DNA from: the human T2T-CHM13v2.0 reference genome, Homo sapiens
DNA length: 64,000 bases
NCBI RefSeq assembly: GCF_009914755.1
Contig: NC_060941.1
Direction: 5' to 3' (one strand)
In this document: positions 30,430 through 46,520 of the stretch, piece by piece
Layout: every line of letters starts with the position of its first letter
How positions within the stretch are numbered: the stretch's first letter is position 1
Program-made: the position numbers and the translations under genes
Notes under the pieces: model-generated
Told to the model about the DNA's origin: nothing
The model's database searches: none
What the model saw: the letters and a program-made list of their open reading frames with translations, nothing else

Positions 30430-30600
30430 GGTGGTATACCAGAAAGCTCGTCAGACAAAAATTCAGTTAAGCTTTGGTTCTGCTCCTGTCTTATTGTGTG
30501 ACCTTGAATCTTTCCCTTAACCTCTCAGAGCCTCAGTTTCCTCAGTTATATTAAGTATCACAGCACCTGCTATTCCACCTACTCACAATTGTGGGAAAAC
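30430..30600 (+). mobile_element. MIR
   Basis: 'ttgtgtgaccttgaatctttcccttaacctctcagagcctcagtttcctca'. Confidence 0.8.
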
Positions 30601-31980
30601 TCTAATCTAACCCACTAATTAGATAGATAAGGAGCTCACAAATCCATTTGTATACAATCCTGGACATGGGTGAGATAATAATAAAAGGTGGTTTGCACAT
30701 CCTGGTGTCTAGGAATTAAGGTACATGAAATTACCCAACCACACACCGCTTCCTGAGTCCAGAGGCTGGAGAGATTTCAGCAGCCTCCATTTCAGGGCCA
30801 GTGGGATTCTTGAAGACAAAGGGAAAAATGTTCTCAATTCCTTTGTCGAGAGACTTACGTCAACAGATGTCCCAGATAGAGACACTCAGGATGCGTAATG
30901 GAATAGTGCCCACAAGGAATAGGGGCCCAGGGAGCCCTCAAAGCTCCAAGTCCTGGTCCTGCACATGGAGCTCCGGAGAGAGGCCAGGACGGAGGCTGGG
31001 ATCCAGGGCAGGAACATGTGGAGGAGGAAAGGCGAATTGGCCAGCTCTGGGGAGACATCCCAAACATCCGGAACCCATTGCTCAAGCAGGGCACTGGGCT
31101 CCAGAGGCATGCTGAGCGGAAGATGGTGGGGTTTTGTTTTATTTTTGGATTTTGCCAAATCAAAAGAATTCAAGAAATTGCGGGAACTGTTGTGTTGCAA
31201 TGCAGACACTGCCAGGGTTGGCACAGGCCTGTTTATAAGTAATTCAGTCTGAAGCAGGGAGGAGCTGCAAGCGTGCACACATGCACACTCACACACACTC
31301 GCACACACATACTGCCTGCACAGGCCAGTGGCCACAGGAGGCCTGATCTTCCCTTGGTGGCTCCTGAGGGGTTGGCCAACACACGCGGGCTCCAGGCCAA
31401 TGTTCATTCATCTGTGCACTCCTGTATTCACTGAGTGCCTACGACGCAGCAGGCAAGTCAGAAGCTCACAGATGGTGTGGGGAGCAGAGGCGGCCCCTCC
31501 CTTCCCAGTACTGACGTTCCTCAGGGCCATACAATGGTAGGGGATGCAGGTCCCCCCTTTTTATCTGAGCCTAAGTAGAGAAGAGTAGGCGATGGGCTAG
31601 GGAAGGAGAGCAAAGGGTAAGGAGACATGTAGCAGACACTGGTGGCTCCCCACCTATCACCCATCCATACTTCCTGCTTTTGCTCTTGCTCAGGCAGCAG
31701 TCAGGGATCCCTTGATCTTGGGGAGAGGAGACACCTTCCCAGTCTTAGGGGATGCATCATAACAGGTCCAAAATAATTGTGGTCACCTCATTACCTTTGG
31801 TTAGTAATTGGCCTGAAGGTCTACACATGTGACCCAGTTTTAGCTAAAAAGCTATAAGAATTCTCCTGGGAGAGCTAAGCTCTTTTGCCCTTCCCCTTTC
31901 TTCTTACTAGAACATGGACATAAGGGTCAGAGGTGTCAAATCCATTTGAAAACCAAGAGGCAACATGTCAACAAGCTAAG

Positions 31981-32250
31981 ATGGCAGGACTAAGAGAAAG
32001 AGCCCGCATGTTTGACAGCACCGAGCCATTGCACCAGAGTTGGAATGCCTGCCTTCAGACATTCATCAGGTGAGACCAAATAGAAATCTATATTTATACT
32101 ATACATTTATTAAATAAATATCTATTTATATAATGTCTATTTATAAATAATATATATATTTTTGTCTCATCTGATGAGTGTCTAAAGGCAGGCAGTCCAG
32201 CTCTGGCTCAGTGTGTCAAACACACAGGCTGTTTCTCTTAGTTCTGACAT
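31981..32250. repeat. Inverted repeat (arms 31981-32080 and 32160-32250) with an AT-rich spacer
   Basis: Reverse complement of the right arm aligns to the left arm with about 13 mismatches and two gaps over about 90 nt. Confidence 0.93.
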
Positions 32251-32258
32251 ATATATAC

Positions 32259-32289
<31 letters not shown>

Positions 32290-32322
32290 TAGATAGATAG
32301 ACAGACAGACAGATAGATAGAT
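32259..32322. repeat. Compound (GATA)n/(GACA)n microsatellite
   Basis: Read directly from the sequence. Confidence 0.95.
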
Positions 32323-32516
32323 ATAAAATGCCCTATTTGTTGAAGCTGCTTTTAATTGGGTTTTTCCGTTACTTACAGCTGAGAATATTCCTAAAGCATC
32401 TGAGAGAGGATGTTACTAGTATTATCATGAGAAAGCCATGTTGCAGGGCATAAACAGGCCCCCGCTCCAAGAAGAGCCATTGGAAAGAGCTGGGAAACAA
32501 AGAGCTCAACCACACT

Positions 32517-32831
<315 letters not shown>

Positions 32832-33055
32832 TAAACGAAGTGGTCTCCTGGGTGATCTGTTCTCTATTAGGTGCTAAAGGTATGTATGGTGCTAAGGGTA
32901 TGTATACCACCCCTTCCCACTGGAGGGACTTTAGCACCAAAATTCCTTCCTGAAGAGGACTTACTAAATCATTCCAACCCCAATTTCTTGTTCTTCAATA
33001 CAAGTTGGTATTATAATTGCATTTGGAGGAATCAGTAAGTTGGGACTTTAAATCC

Positions 33056-33058
33056 TGT

Positions 33059-33097
<39 letters not shown>
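33056..33097. repeat. (TG)n microsatellite followed by (GA)n
   Basis: Read directly from the sequence. Confidence 0.95.
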
Positions 33098-33102
<5 letters not shown>

Positions 33103-33410
33103 GAGAGAGAGAAGAAAGTTGCTGTTTAAAAATTGCTATTGCTTCATGTCTAATAACGGCATTCAACAACTGCCAGGGTTCAAATCTAGCTACTCCCTAA
33201 CCATATGAAATTAAGTTGTAAAACCTATATGTGCCTCACTTTTCTCATCTGTAATAGCTTCTACTTCATAGAGTTAATGTGAGGAGTAAATAGATTAATT
33301 CTTATTTAGAATTAAGTCTTAGAACAAGTGCCCAGCACATGATAGATCCCCAAGAAATATTACCTAATGTTTTCATTGATTCTGAGATGCACATAGGTTT
33401 GTCTTAGGGT

Positions 33411-33773
<363 letters not shown>

Positions 33774-34012
33774 TAAATTTCTAAAATACATTAATGTGTT
33801 AAGTGGAAATCAAGAACATTTAACTGCCTGTTGATGAATGAGCAGAGAAAATCTGGTGTCTACAAAGCATCCAGATAAGTATATAAGTACAACTTACGCA
33901 CACACTTTACATTCAGCATTGTGACAGGCACTTTCAAAACCTCCTCACGGTTGACTTACAGCTCATTGGGCCCCCTTTTTGTAACTCCACAGAACTTTCA
34001 GGGATTTTGTTC

Positions 34013-34458
34013 TTTCCAACTTTTATTTTAGGTCTGGGGGTACATGTACAAGTTTGGTTTATAGGCAAATTGCGTGTCATGGGGATTTGGTGTACAGATT
34101 ATTTCCTCACACAGGTAATAAGCATTGTATTTGATAGTTTTTCAGTCCTCACCCTCCTCCCAACCTCCACCCTCGGGTAGGCCCCAGTGTCCATTGTTCC
34201 CTTGATTGTGTCCATGTGTACTCAACATTTAGCTCTCACTTATACGTGAGAATATGTAGTATTTGGTTTTCTGTTCCTGCAATAATTCACTTAGAATAAT
34301 GGCCTGCAGCTCCTTCCATGTTACTGCAAAGGACATGATCTCATCCTTTTTCATAGCTGCATAGTATTACATGGTATATATGTACCATATTTTCTTTATC
34401 CAGTCCACCATTGGTGGGCATTTAGATTGCTTCCATGTATTTGCTGTTCTGAATAGTT
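34013..34458 (-). mobile_element. L1PA (older, about PA13-16) 3' end
   Basis: 'gggtacatgtacaagtttg...gtacagattatttc...tagctctcacttatacgtgagaatatg...gcaaaggacatgatctca'. Confidence 0.88.
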
Positions 34459-34824
34459 CAGCTCATATTTTTACCATCCCTCAAACCATGATGTTTTTCA
34501 GAGAATAGTATGTGTCATAGGTAACTGGAATCATTTTTTTCTGGGTGATTTGCTTTTACAACCTGCAATATCCTTGATCTGACAAAGTGTGGAATTATTA
34601 TTGGAGCAGATCTCCTTGCTGTGAAAAGGGCCACTTATGTAGTCCTGTAGACATAAAGATATATAAAGCAAATAGGCACCTCATTGTCACTGGGGAAGGA
34701 GTTTTGAAGGTTTGTCAAAGGCCACCCTATCCCATACCTTTTGTTTGTGGAGCTCAAAGGCTCTGGTGAAGGAACGGGTAAATTTGTGTAGCAGATCAGC
34801 AGATCCAAATGGAAATCAATGCTT

Positions 34825-36260
34825 TTTAAAGACTTTACTTTTTTAGATAAATTTTAGGTTCACAACAAAATTGAGAGAAAGGTGCAGAGACTTCCTCTAT
34901 ACCCCCTGCCCCCACACATGTTTAGACCCTCCCACTATCAACATCCCTCACCACAGTGAAGCATTCATTACAATCAATGAACCTACATTGACACATCATT
35001 CTCACCCAGAGTCCACAGTCTACATGAAGGTTCACTCTTGGTGTACATTCTGTGGGCTCTGATAAATACATAATGATATGTATCCACCATTACCATATCA
35101 TACTGAATAGTTTCACTGGCCTAAAAATCCTCTGTGCTCTGCCTAGTCATCCTTCCCCCTCCCCTAACCCCTGGCAACCAATGATCTTTTCACTGTCTCC
35201 AGAGTTGCGCCTTTCCCAGAATGTCATGTAGTTGGAATCCTACAGTATGTAGCCTTTTCAGTTTGGCTTCTCTCCCTTAGTAGTATGCATTTAAGGTTAC
35301 TCCATGTCTTTCTGTGGCTTGATAGCTCATTTCTTTTTAGCGATGAATAATATTCCACTGTCTGGATGTACCCCAGTTTATTTATCCATTCACCTCCTGA
35401 AGGACATCTTGGTTGCTTCCAAGTTTTGTCAATTTTGAATAAAGCTGCTGCAAACATTTGTGTGCAAGTTTTTGTGTGGACATAAGTTTTCAATTCATTT
35501 AGTTAAAAACCAAGGAGTGTGGTTGCTGGATCGCATGGTAAGAGTATGTTTAGTTTTGTAAGAAACTGCCAAACCATCTTCCAAAGTGGCTATACTATTT
35601 TGCATTCCCACCAGCAATGAATGAAAGTTCCTGTCACTCCACATCCTCACCAGCATTTGGTGTTATCAGTGTTTTGGATTTCCGCCATTCTAATAGGTAT
35701 GTAGTGGCATCTCATTGTCATTTCAATTTGCATTTCCCTGATGACATATAATGCAGAGCCTTTTTGTATGTGCTTATTTGCCATCTGTATATCTTCTTTG
35801 ATGGGGTGTCTGTTAAAGTCTTTGGACCATTTTTTAATCAGGTTGTTTGCTTTTTTATTGCTGAGTTTTAAGTGTTCTTTGTATATTTTGAATAACATTC
35901 CTTTATCAGATGTGTCTCTTGCAAATATTTTCTCCCAGTTTGTGACTTGTCTTCTCTTTCTTTAGACATTGTCTTTCACAGAGCAGAAGTTTTTAATTTT
36001 AATGAAAGCCAGCTTATCTGTTACTTATTTCACAGATCATGCTTTTAGTGTGGTATCTAAAAAGTCATCACCATACTCAAGGTTATCTAGATTTTATTCT
36101 GTGTTACCTTCCAGGAGTTTTATAATTTTATATTTTACATTGAGATCTAGGATCCAATTTGAGTTAATTTTTTATGAAGAGTGGGAGGCCTCTCACTAGT
36201 TTCAGTTTCTTGCATGTGGGTGTCCAGTTTTCCAGCATCATTTGTTGAAAAGGCTATTAG
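34825..36260 (-). mobile_element. L1MC-type 3' end with ORF2 C-terminal remnants
   Basis: ORF 35224-35493(-) 'TCTQMFAAALFKIDKTWKQPRCPSGGEWINKL' and ORF 35647-35898(-) 'EDIQMANKH...IREMQIEMTMRCHY' are L1 ORF2 motifs. Confidence 0.92.
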
Positions 36261-36789
36261 ATCAATGCTTTTGGATTTTAGATTATTCAAAAACCTAAAG
36301 AATTGAGGTTGTACAGTGAGGTCACTTGAGCAGAAAGGACATGAAGGCCCTCCCAAGAAGGAGCAGAAAAACGTGCCGTGACTTTGACTAGAGCCGGAGC
36401 TGAGAATGTCAGGTGGAGATTCATTGCTCCAGCAACTAACGTGGCAAAGGTGGACCCAGGACAGCTAGGGCCTCACCAGCTTCCTGGTGGCACACCTGCA
36501 TCTGATAGAATCCCCAGTGGGACTGGATCTAATATGAATAAGCATTTGGAGGGTTGCAACTATAAGTTGAAACTCCATCATTCCTCTTCAGTTCAATGTG
36601 GGAGCGTAGACACCAGGAAGGAAAGGCAATCTTCTGATGGAGAGACAGGGTTATGATCAGTTTCAGCTTGAATAACACAGGAAGCGTGGGCTTATTTTTT
36701 AGCTTAAGCACGTGAAGCAAGTTATATGAATGAAACTATTATTAATTAATAATTATTATTTACAATATGACATTATTACCAGTAGCAGC

Positions 36790-37015
36790 CGACACTTATC
36801 AAGTACTACTATGTGTGGAGCACTGGACTATGCACGTTGTGTAGATTATCACATTTACTCTACAGAGCTAGGAAGTAGCAGCAACGACTCATTTGACAGC
36901 TGAGGAAATGAGACCCAAAGAGGTCAATTAAGTTTTCTATAGTCACTCTGCCAGCATGCAACAGGGCTCAGGTTCAAACTCAACTTGTCTCACTCCAGAG
37001 CCTGAGTTAATCACT
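36790..37015 (-). mobile_element. MIR
   Basis: 'catttgacagctgaggaaatgagacccaaagaggtcaattaag'. Confidence 0.8.
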
Positions 37016-37038
37016 ATTCATGTTTGAAAATAGAGTTT

Positions 37039-37088
37039 CTTCTTCTTCTTCTTCTTCTTCTTCTTCTTCTTCTTCTTCTTCTTCTTCT

Positions 37089-37123
<35 letters not shown>

Positions 37124-37131
37124 TTCTTCTT
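37039..37131. repeat. (CTT)24 CCT (CTT)6, i.e. GAA repeat forming an Alu tail
   Basis: Counted from the sequence. Confidence 0.96.
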
Positions 37132-37385
37132 TTTGAAACAGAGTTTCGCTCTTATTGCCTAAGCAACCTCTGCCTCCTGGGTTCAAGCGATTCTCCTGCC
37201 TCAGCCTCCCGAGTAGCTGGGATTATAGGCATGCATCACCACGCCCAGCTAATTTTGTATTTTTTGTAGAGATGGGGTTTCTCCATGTTGGTCAGGCTGG
37301 TCTCAAACTCCCGACCTCAAGTGATCTGCCCACCTCAGCCTCCCAAAGTGCTAGGATTACAGGCATGAGCCACTGAGCCCGACCA
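37132..37385 (-). mobile_element. AluSp/Sq with an internal deletion in the right arm
   Basis: 'cttattgcctaag|caacctctgcc' lacks about 35 nt of consensus. Confidence 0.92.
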
Positions 37386-37571
37386 AATTTCTTCTTTTAA
37401 TAGCAGTGTTTCAGCTGGTTTCTGACTGCAAAGTTGGCTGGGTGTGTGTGGCTTCTCCCTCTGCCTGTAGAAACTCCATCATTCCTCTTTAGTTCAATGA
37501 GGGTTATCCAGGATTTGCTGGATACTACGTTCTCTGCCTCAATGCTCCCTTGCCAGATGGCCTTCCTTCAG

Positions 37572-38570
<999 letters not shown>

Positions 38571-38649
38571 TAAGGTTATTCTTATATTCTTTAAAAGAAT
38601 GAAATTTTCCATGAATGTCTACTCTCAGGTATCTCGATGACCACAGACT

Positions 38650-39060
38650 TTAGATCTTAGAAGCATCTTAGAGGAAATCAAGCCTAAATTCTTCTTTATT
38701 TTACAAATTAATACATGTGATTCCGAGACATTAGGGGATTTGCCTGGAGCCATACAGCTGGTTAATGGCAGAGCTGAAACTAGAACAAGGTCTTCTGATT
38801 CCAGTGGTGCAGTGGCACCATTGCAAGGTCTTGGAGGAACAATGATGGTGATGATGATTCAAGACCCTACTGTTTGACAGGCATAGTATGACTTATTTTA
38901 TACACACCACCTTATTTATTCTTCACAATAGCCTGGTATAATGGGTACTATTATCCACCCATATAGATGAGGAAACAGGCTCAGAGAATGAGATACCTTA
39001 CTCAAATTCACACAGCTAGTTGGTAAGGGGGGCCTGGATCCAAATTCTGTGCTCCTTTGA
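38650..39060 (-). mobile_element. Two MIR fragments
   Basis: 'catacagctggttaatggcagagctgaaactagaac' and 'atagatgaggaaacaggctcagag'. Confidence 0.75.
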
Positions 39061-40273
39061 TTTCACTATGCTCTATTTCCACCGAGGAAGTGGGTTCCCT
39101 GGTGGGGCCAGGGAGGTGGCTCTATGGCTATGAGCCAAGATTTTAGGCCAAGTCAAGGTCATGGACTCTTGGGATCAGCCCTGGGGCCAACAGGCTGCCA
39201 GAAGTGACAGAACGAAGAAAGGAAAGGAAGGAGAGAAACAGGAGACAAATCTTGATGGCTTCCCCATATTGCCATTGTCCTACTTGGGGAGTTCCACCTT
39301 CATCTGTTTTACCCTTTTTTTCCTTTACCTTCGAGCTCTACGTCTCTTTATCAGTAAACTAGCCTTGCAGACAAGTGCAAACTGTGCCAGCCCTTAGGCT
39401 GCAAAGGAAATGAAGTTGGCATTCTGTAGTCCTCACCTGGCATGAATCACACACAGCCCCAAGGGACCGGGACAAGGCTACATGTCAGACTGATGGACTA
39501 TTGTCTGGAGCTTTGAGAGAGGAAAAAGGGAAGGCTGCTTGCAGGAGAAAGGTGAACAGGTTGGCCCCGGCCCAAGAATGACAGAGGCGCCTTGCTCCTG
39601 CCACCCGGCTCTGCTCCTCTGGCCCAGGAACAATAACAAGGCGCTGTCAGGAAGTGACACTAAAATGCCTTTCCCCTTATACCTCGTTCAGCCTCTGGCA
39701 AAAGGAGGTTCCCGGAGGGAATATTTTTAGTTTGACAAATGAAAGCCTGGGACCGAGGACAGGAGGGATTAAGGGAGCTCTTCTCTGACACTCCTGGAGA
39801 CGGGGAGATGATGAGTCAGATACAGAGGGCTTAGGCACGACTTCTCAAGACATTCCTCAGGCATGAGCACAAGCCAGCCGCTCGAATTCCTCCTGCAAGG
39901 CCCGCCACCCGGCAATCAGGGCGGAGGGGCCGGGCCAGAGGAGCAGCTCTGCTCTGTCTTCCTCTTGGCACATTGTTGGACAGCAGCTTTGGAAGATCAA
40001 AGCAGCCGCCTGTGTTGCTTTCCGGAACTGGGACTCAGGAGGCCTGGGTTCAAGTCCAGGCTTCACCATTTGCCGGCTGTGACATTAAGTGTCCTCATTT
40101 CTCCCTTTATGCCTCAGTTTCCTCATCACCAAATTGAGAGTATTATAACACCTTGGAATTATTATTATGAGGTTGTACATTTGGAAAAAAAAACCTTGAG
40201 AATGCAGTGTTTAAAAGCATTGGTTTTCTGTATTGCTCCCAGTACCCCATATGCAGATGGACTCAAAATCTCA

Positions 40274-40684
<411 letters not shown>

Positions 40685-40816
40685 CTAATCGTTTCCACCT
40701 TCTAGACAAGTATACTGAGGCTCAGAGAGGTGGCATGGGCTGCCTAAGGTCACAGAGCTAACAGATGGTAGGCTGACATTAGACTCCAGCTCCCCCAACT
40801 CTGAAGCCCACTTTTC

Positions 40817-41169
40817 TTTTTTTTTTTTTTAATTATTATTATACTTTAAGTTTTAGGGTACATGTGCACAACGTGCAGGTTTGTTACATATGTATACATG
40901 TGCCATGTTGGTGTGCTGCACCCATTAACTCGTCATTTAGCATTAGGTATATCTCCTAATGTTATCCCTCCCCCCTCCCACCACCCCACAACAGTCCCCG
41001 GTGTCTGATGTTCCCCTTCCTGTGTCCGTGTGTTCTCATTGCTCAGTTTCCACCTATGAGTAAGAACATGCGGTGTTTGGTTTTTTGTCCTTGCAATAGT
41101 TTGCTGAGAATGATGGTTTCCAGCTTCATCCATGTCCCTACAAAGGACATGAACTCATCATTTTTTATG
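40817..41169 (-). mobile_element. 5'-truncated L1PA (about PA3-5) insertion, about 350 bp
   Basis: L1PA 3' UTR with poly-A; perfect TSD gaagcccacttttc (40803-40816, 41170-41183); inserted at the end of a MIR. Confidence 0.95.
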
Positions 41170-42542
41170 GAAGCCCACTTTTCAAATCCCTGTGCTGGGA
41201 ACCCTCAGCCTGGGCCTGTACCCAGCAGGAGAACAAGATCAAGGCAGTGCGCTGGGCCAGGCACGAACTGGGGAGCCAGAGGGAGGGGAAGGAGCAGAAC
41301 AGATAAAGAAATCGGAGGCGGAGCCAGGGTTCAGATGCAGAGCAGCAAGTTGAAGGAGCAGGGAAAGCACCAGGGGCTGGAGCCTGGAACCCTGGCAGCT
41401 GTCCACACTTGGTACAAACATGCTTACGGCAATATGGTGGATTGCTGGGGCAGGGAAGGGGGGGTGCACTTAAAAGTCAGAATCCGCTCATCTGATTGGA
41501 AGAGAGAATGAGGCAACTAACCATCTGTAGATAGGCTTATTTCTCACTTTTTAAACAGCTGGTTTGGGTGGGTGCTCCTAGGGACTCAGCGCAAAGTCAT
41601 TGGGTGAATTCTACCCAAAATATGTAAAGCCATGATGAGCAACCCACCCCACAGGCCACACGTGGCCCACCTAGTGTCATTGGGTCCATGATTTAATTTG
41701 GGGATGAATAGTAAGAGGCCATCAACGTGTACTGCCTCTCAAAAAATTCTGATAGTGATGATATTTCTTGTTGTTAAATTCAGTGTTACTTCACTCATTA
41801 GCATCCTTCTCTTACGTAAGTGATCTAACTCTCGAGAAATCACTTTTAATCCCCTCGTAGGACTTGATACAGTTATTTTGTTTTAAGCAGAAAACAAAAG
41901 ATGGCTCTTAAAGTCAATTATTGTCTTCTTTAATTCACCCTCAGGAAGGAAGGAGAGGGTGAGAAAGGGAGGAAGGAGGTAGGGGGGAAGAAGAGAGGCA
42001 GGCAGGCTACCACTGATGTTGAGTCTCAACATCCTCAAACTGCAGACCATGAACTCTTTTCTCTGTGCACTCATAGGAAGGTCATCCTACTGCCTCCTCG
42101 GCCAAGCTAAAACCCAAGAGACTTCTCACCATTCCTCTCTCTCCTTCTCCCAGGGATATCACCCCCAGCATCACTGCTAGGGCTTAGGATATCACTAGTA
42201 TTCCCAACATCACTCAGTGTCTCCCTAGAAGACCTGTGAGGAGTCTCCTCTCAGACCTCAGTGTCAAGGCAAACAGCAAGTGGCTGCTTTTACCCGGTAG
42301 GTGATGTGAGCGAGCGTGTTAGAGGGTCATGTCCTCATGTTTGCGTTGGTCACTGAAAATGTTGAGAGTGGATTTTGCATCTTTCCTTTCAGGATCTCAC
42401 AATGTGAATGTAGGTTCTCCTGCAAGTGTCCCCACTGACAAGACATGGGACCTTGGGCAAGTCATTTAAACTCTGTGAACCTTATCTGTAAAAGAGAGTT
42501 AATTACCACTTGCCTCATACGGCAGATGTGGAAGTGAAATTT

Positions 42543-43011
<469 letters not shown>

Positions 43012-43974
43012 ACTAAATTTTCTTTTACTGCATTTCATTCAACTACCTTTCTTTTTCTATTTCACAGAATCTCTATCTTTTTACTTTTCATCTTATGGTA
43101 GTATGTGTTTGTGAGGTTTGTGGGAGGGAGTTGCAATCCACCTTAATATTGTGGAGCAGAGCAGGTCAAAAAAACCAAACAACTGTAATACTAAAATGAG
43201 GACTGTTTTTCCCAGACTCTGCAGCTAGGTTGAAGTTGTTGTCAAGCTCTTTGACTGCAGAATCTCTTGAATATTAAGGAAGGTGGGGCATGGGGGTAGG
43301 TGTGGAAAGGACACCAGTGAGGAAAGAGGGATCTTGCTTGGGATGCAAGATTGAGACCTACAGGAAGTAGGGAACCTTTGCCATGCCAGGGCACTTCCAG
43401 GAGCTGATGGCTTGGTCTTCCTTTCGATAGCCACTGACCAGGTTCTCTCATGGGGACATGGTCTCAGCGACCAGCTTTTCCTGCATGTGCTGTTCTCCTG
43501 CTCCCAGCTGGCCCACCCTCTCTTCCATCTGTATGCTTCTGTTTTCTTATGGTTTCTACAGCCTGCTTCTTGGGTTCCAGAGGGCCCAGGGGGCTATGAC
43601 ACCCTGTCTGTGTGTCATAAACCTTCAGCTTCAGCCACCTCTGCCACCGGCCTCCTTCTCCTATCATTTCCTAGGTCAAATTCTCTAAGGAAGAAATATG
43701 ATGGCATACACTCATCCTTCTCTGAACCTGTGTCCTAATGGTGGACTCTATAAGGGATGCCACTGAGTCCCACCCTTGGGGATTCTATGGGGCCAAAGAG
43801 TTGGGATGGGGACAGAACATGGAGTAATCAGCCACCTATTTGGCTGCCCCTTGAGCAGGGATATGAGAGATATGGCTTTCCCCTAACAGGGAGGCCCCGT
43901 GGTTGACATGTGGGGATACCTTGGCACTCCCAAGTGGCCTTCCTGCAGTCTCCACCTGTACTTACGCTTTGCCC

Positions 43975-44700
43975 TCAGGGTCTAGACTTGGGACACAAAT
44001 CCCAGCCCCACCACTGACCAGCTGCTTTGTTTCAAGCAAGAATTCTTTCCGACTCTCAGATTTCGTATCTGTGAATAGTGATCCTCATAGTATCAACCTC
44101 AAAGGGTTGTGATGTGGAGTAAATAAGATTATCGGAACACAGCCTAAAACATAGCAAACACTCAACACCTACAAGTTGCTATTTATTGCGATTGCCATTA
44201 ATACAATTCAGAGTTGGGTAGAATCAGCTCAAATCCCATTTGAGAACTCTTTAAGCCTCAGTTTCTACATCTATGCCAAGGTACTTCTAACACCTTCCTT
44301 GCAGGACTGGTGCAAATGCTAATGTATGCAGCGATCTCAAGCAGTACCTGGTAGACACTAATATTAACAAATGCTTACTCTTTTCTCCCTCATTCTTTAT
44401 GAGGTGCCCCTTGACTGTTTTCCTAAAAAGCCATTCTCCTCCCCATAAGGTACCTCTAGAAGTATCCTATAAAGAGCTCATCCCTTTGGCTCTTGGAACC
44501 AATCATTGGCTAAAAACTCATCCTCAAGAAGCCATAAGATGGTAGAATAGGTAGGAAACTTGGAGTCCCACTGACCTTATCATTTACAGATGGGGGAAAC
44601 TGAGGCCAATGATAAGAGGTAATAGACCCATGTGAGAAAGGGGCCAACCCAGAAACAAGACCCTGCCTCTCCTGATTCCCAGTCCAATGTTTATGCCACA
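43975..44700. mobile_element. Cluster of three MIR fragments
   Basis: Cores at about 43980-44180(+), 44250-44380(+) and 44540-44700(-) ('tttacagatgggggaaactgaggcc'). Confidence 0.7.
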
Positions 44701-45625
44701 CTTTATTTGCCCTCAGTAGATTTCTCCATCTGAAGTTCCCTTTCTCTAGTCATCAAATACACTCACGCCCACACTTGTGCTAGCAGAACCATCCCTGTGA
44801 AGAATTAAAAGCAAAGACTTTGAGGCAAACTGAAAGGGGAAAGAAAAACAGCCCCAGAGACGGCGGGAAAGCAGCAACAAGCAGGCCCACAGCCTTGTCC
44901 CTCACAGAGCCAAGCCCATGGCTTAGCTATAACAAGAGTGACTTGGGAGTTATTAAGGAAAGGAGCCTTTAAACCACGACGTCATAAGAATGGCGGGTGT
45001 CTGTGGGCCTTGAAAGAGAAAGGGGATTAGGCCAGTGTTTAAGGCTGAGCCGTTACGGCCTTGAGGTCCCCAAAGCAGACCACCTGCCCTGCCTAAGAAA
45101 TGTTCACCAAAGCACCAACATGAGAAATGAATGTTTAAATTTGACATTATTAAAAACCATCAGCTCCAATTTCAAAGGCTGACAAGGCTGCCCCTGCTCC
45201 CCTACCCACCCAGGCCCAGCCCATCCCACCAGAACAACTAACCCGTGACATCAGAGCCTGCCCTGGGGAGATAGTCTGGTAAATTAGCACTATCTACAGA
45301 GGCGGAGGATGGAGTTACAACCTCATCAACTGGGGAGAATTCGGGACTCCCTGGCTTAGCTCACACTCCCAGTTGCTTGTCACAATGCCTATGCCCAGAA
45401 CTTCTGGGTCTTGACAGCAAATCTCTTGCCTCCTACACTCCTACAGAGTGGGATCCCAAGCCCCAGAGAGGAGGTCAAAGGCATCCATGGGGAAGGCAGG
45501 TGGGTTCCCAGCCACTAGCCCTCTCAATCCCACTTGCTAAAATAGCTCAGAACTTGCTCTCCCTTTCATCCAGGGGTCCCCAACTTGGGCTAAACTTGGG
45601 ATGCTGCCCAGGTCCAGAATCTTGA

Positions 45626-46520
<895 letters not shown>

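Larger units (their letters stand above)
31628..32400 (+). mobile_element. ERVL-class LTR (LTR16/LTR33-like) containing an inverted duplication and a GATA/GACA repeat
   Basis: Start 'tgtagcagacactggtgg', internal 'catgtgacccagttttagc', end 'tttccgttacttacagctgagaatattcctaa'. Confidence 0.65.

Noticed and set aside
35224-35898. L1 ORF2-like peptides as a functional retrotransposon
   Set aside because: Fragmented, 5'-truncated old L1MC copy with broken frames.
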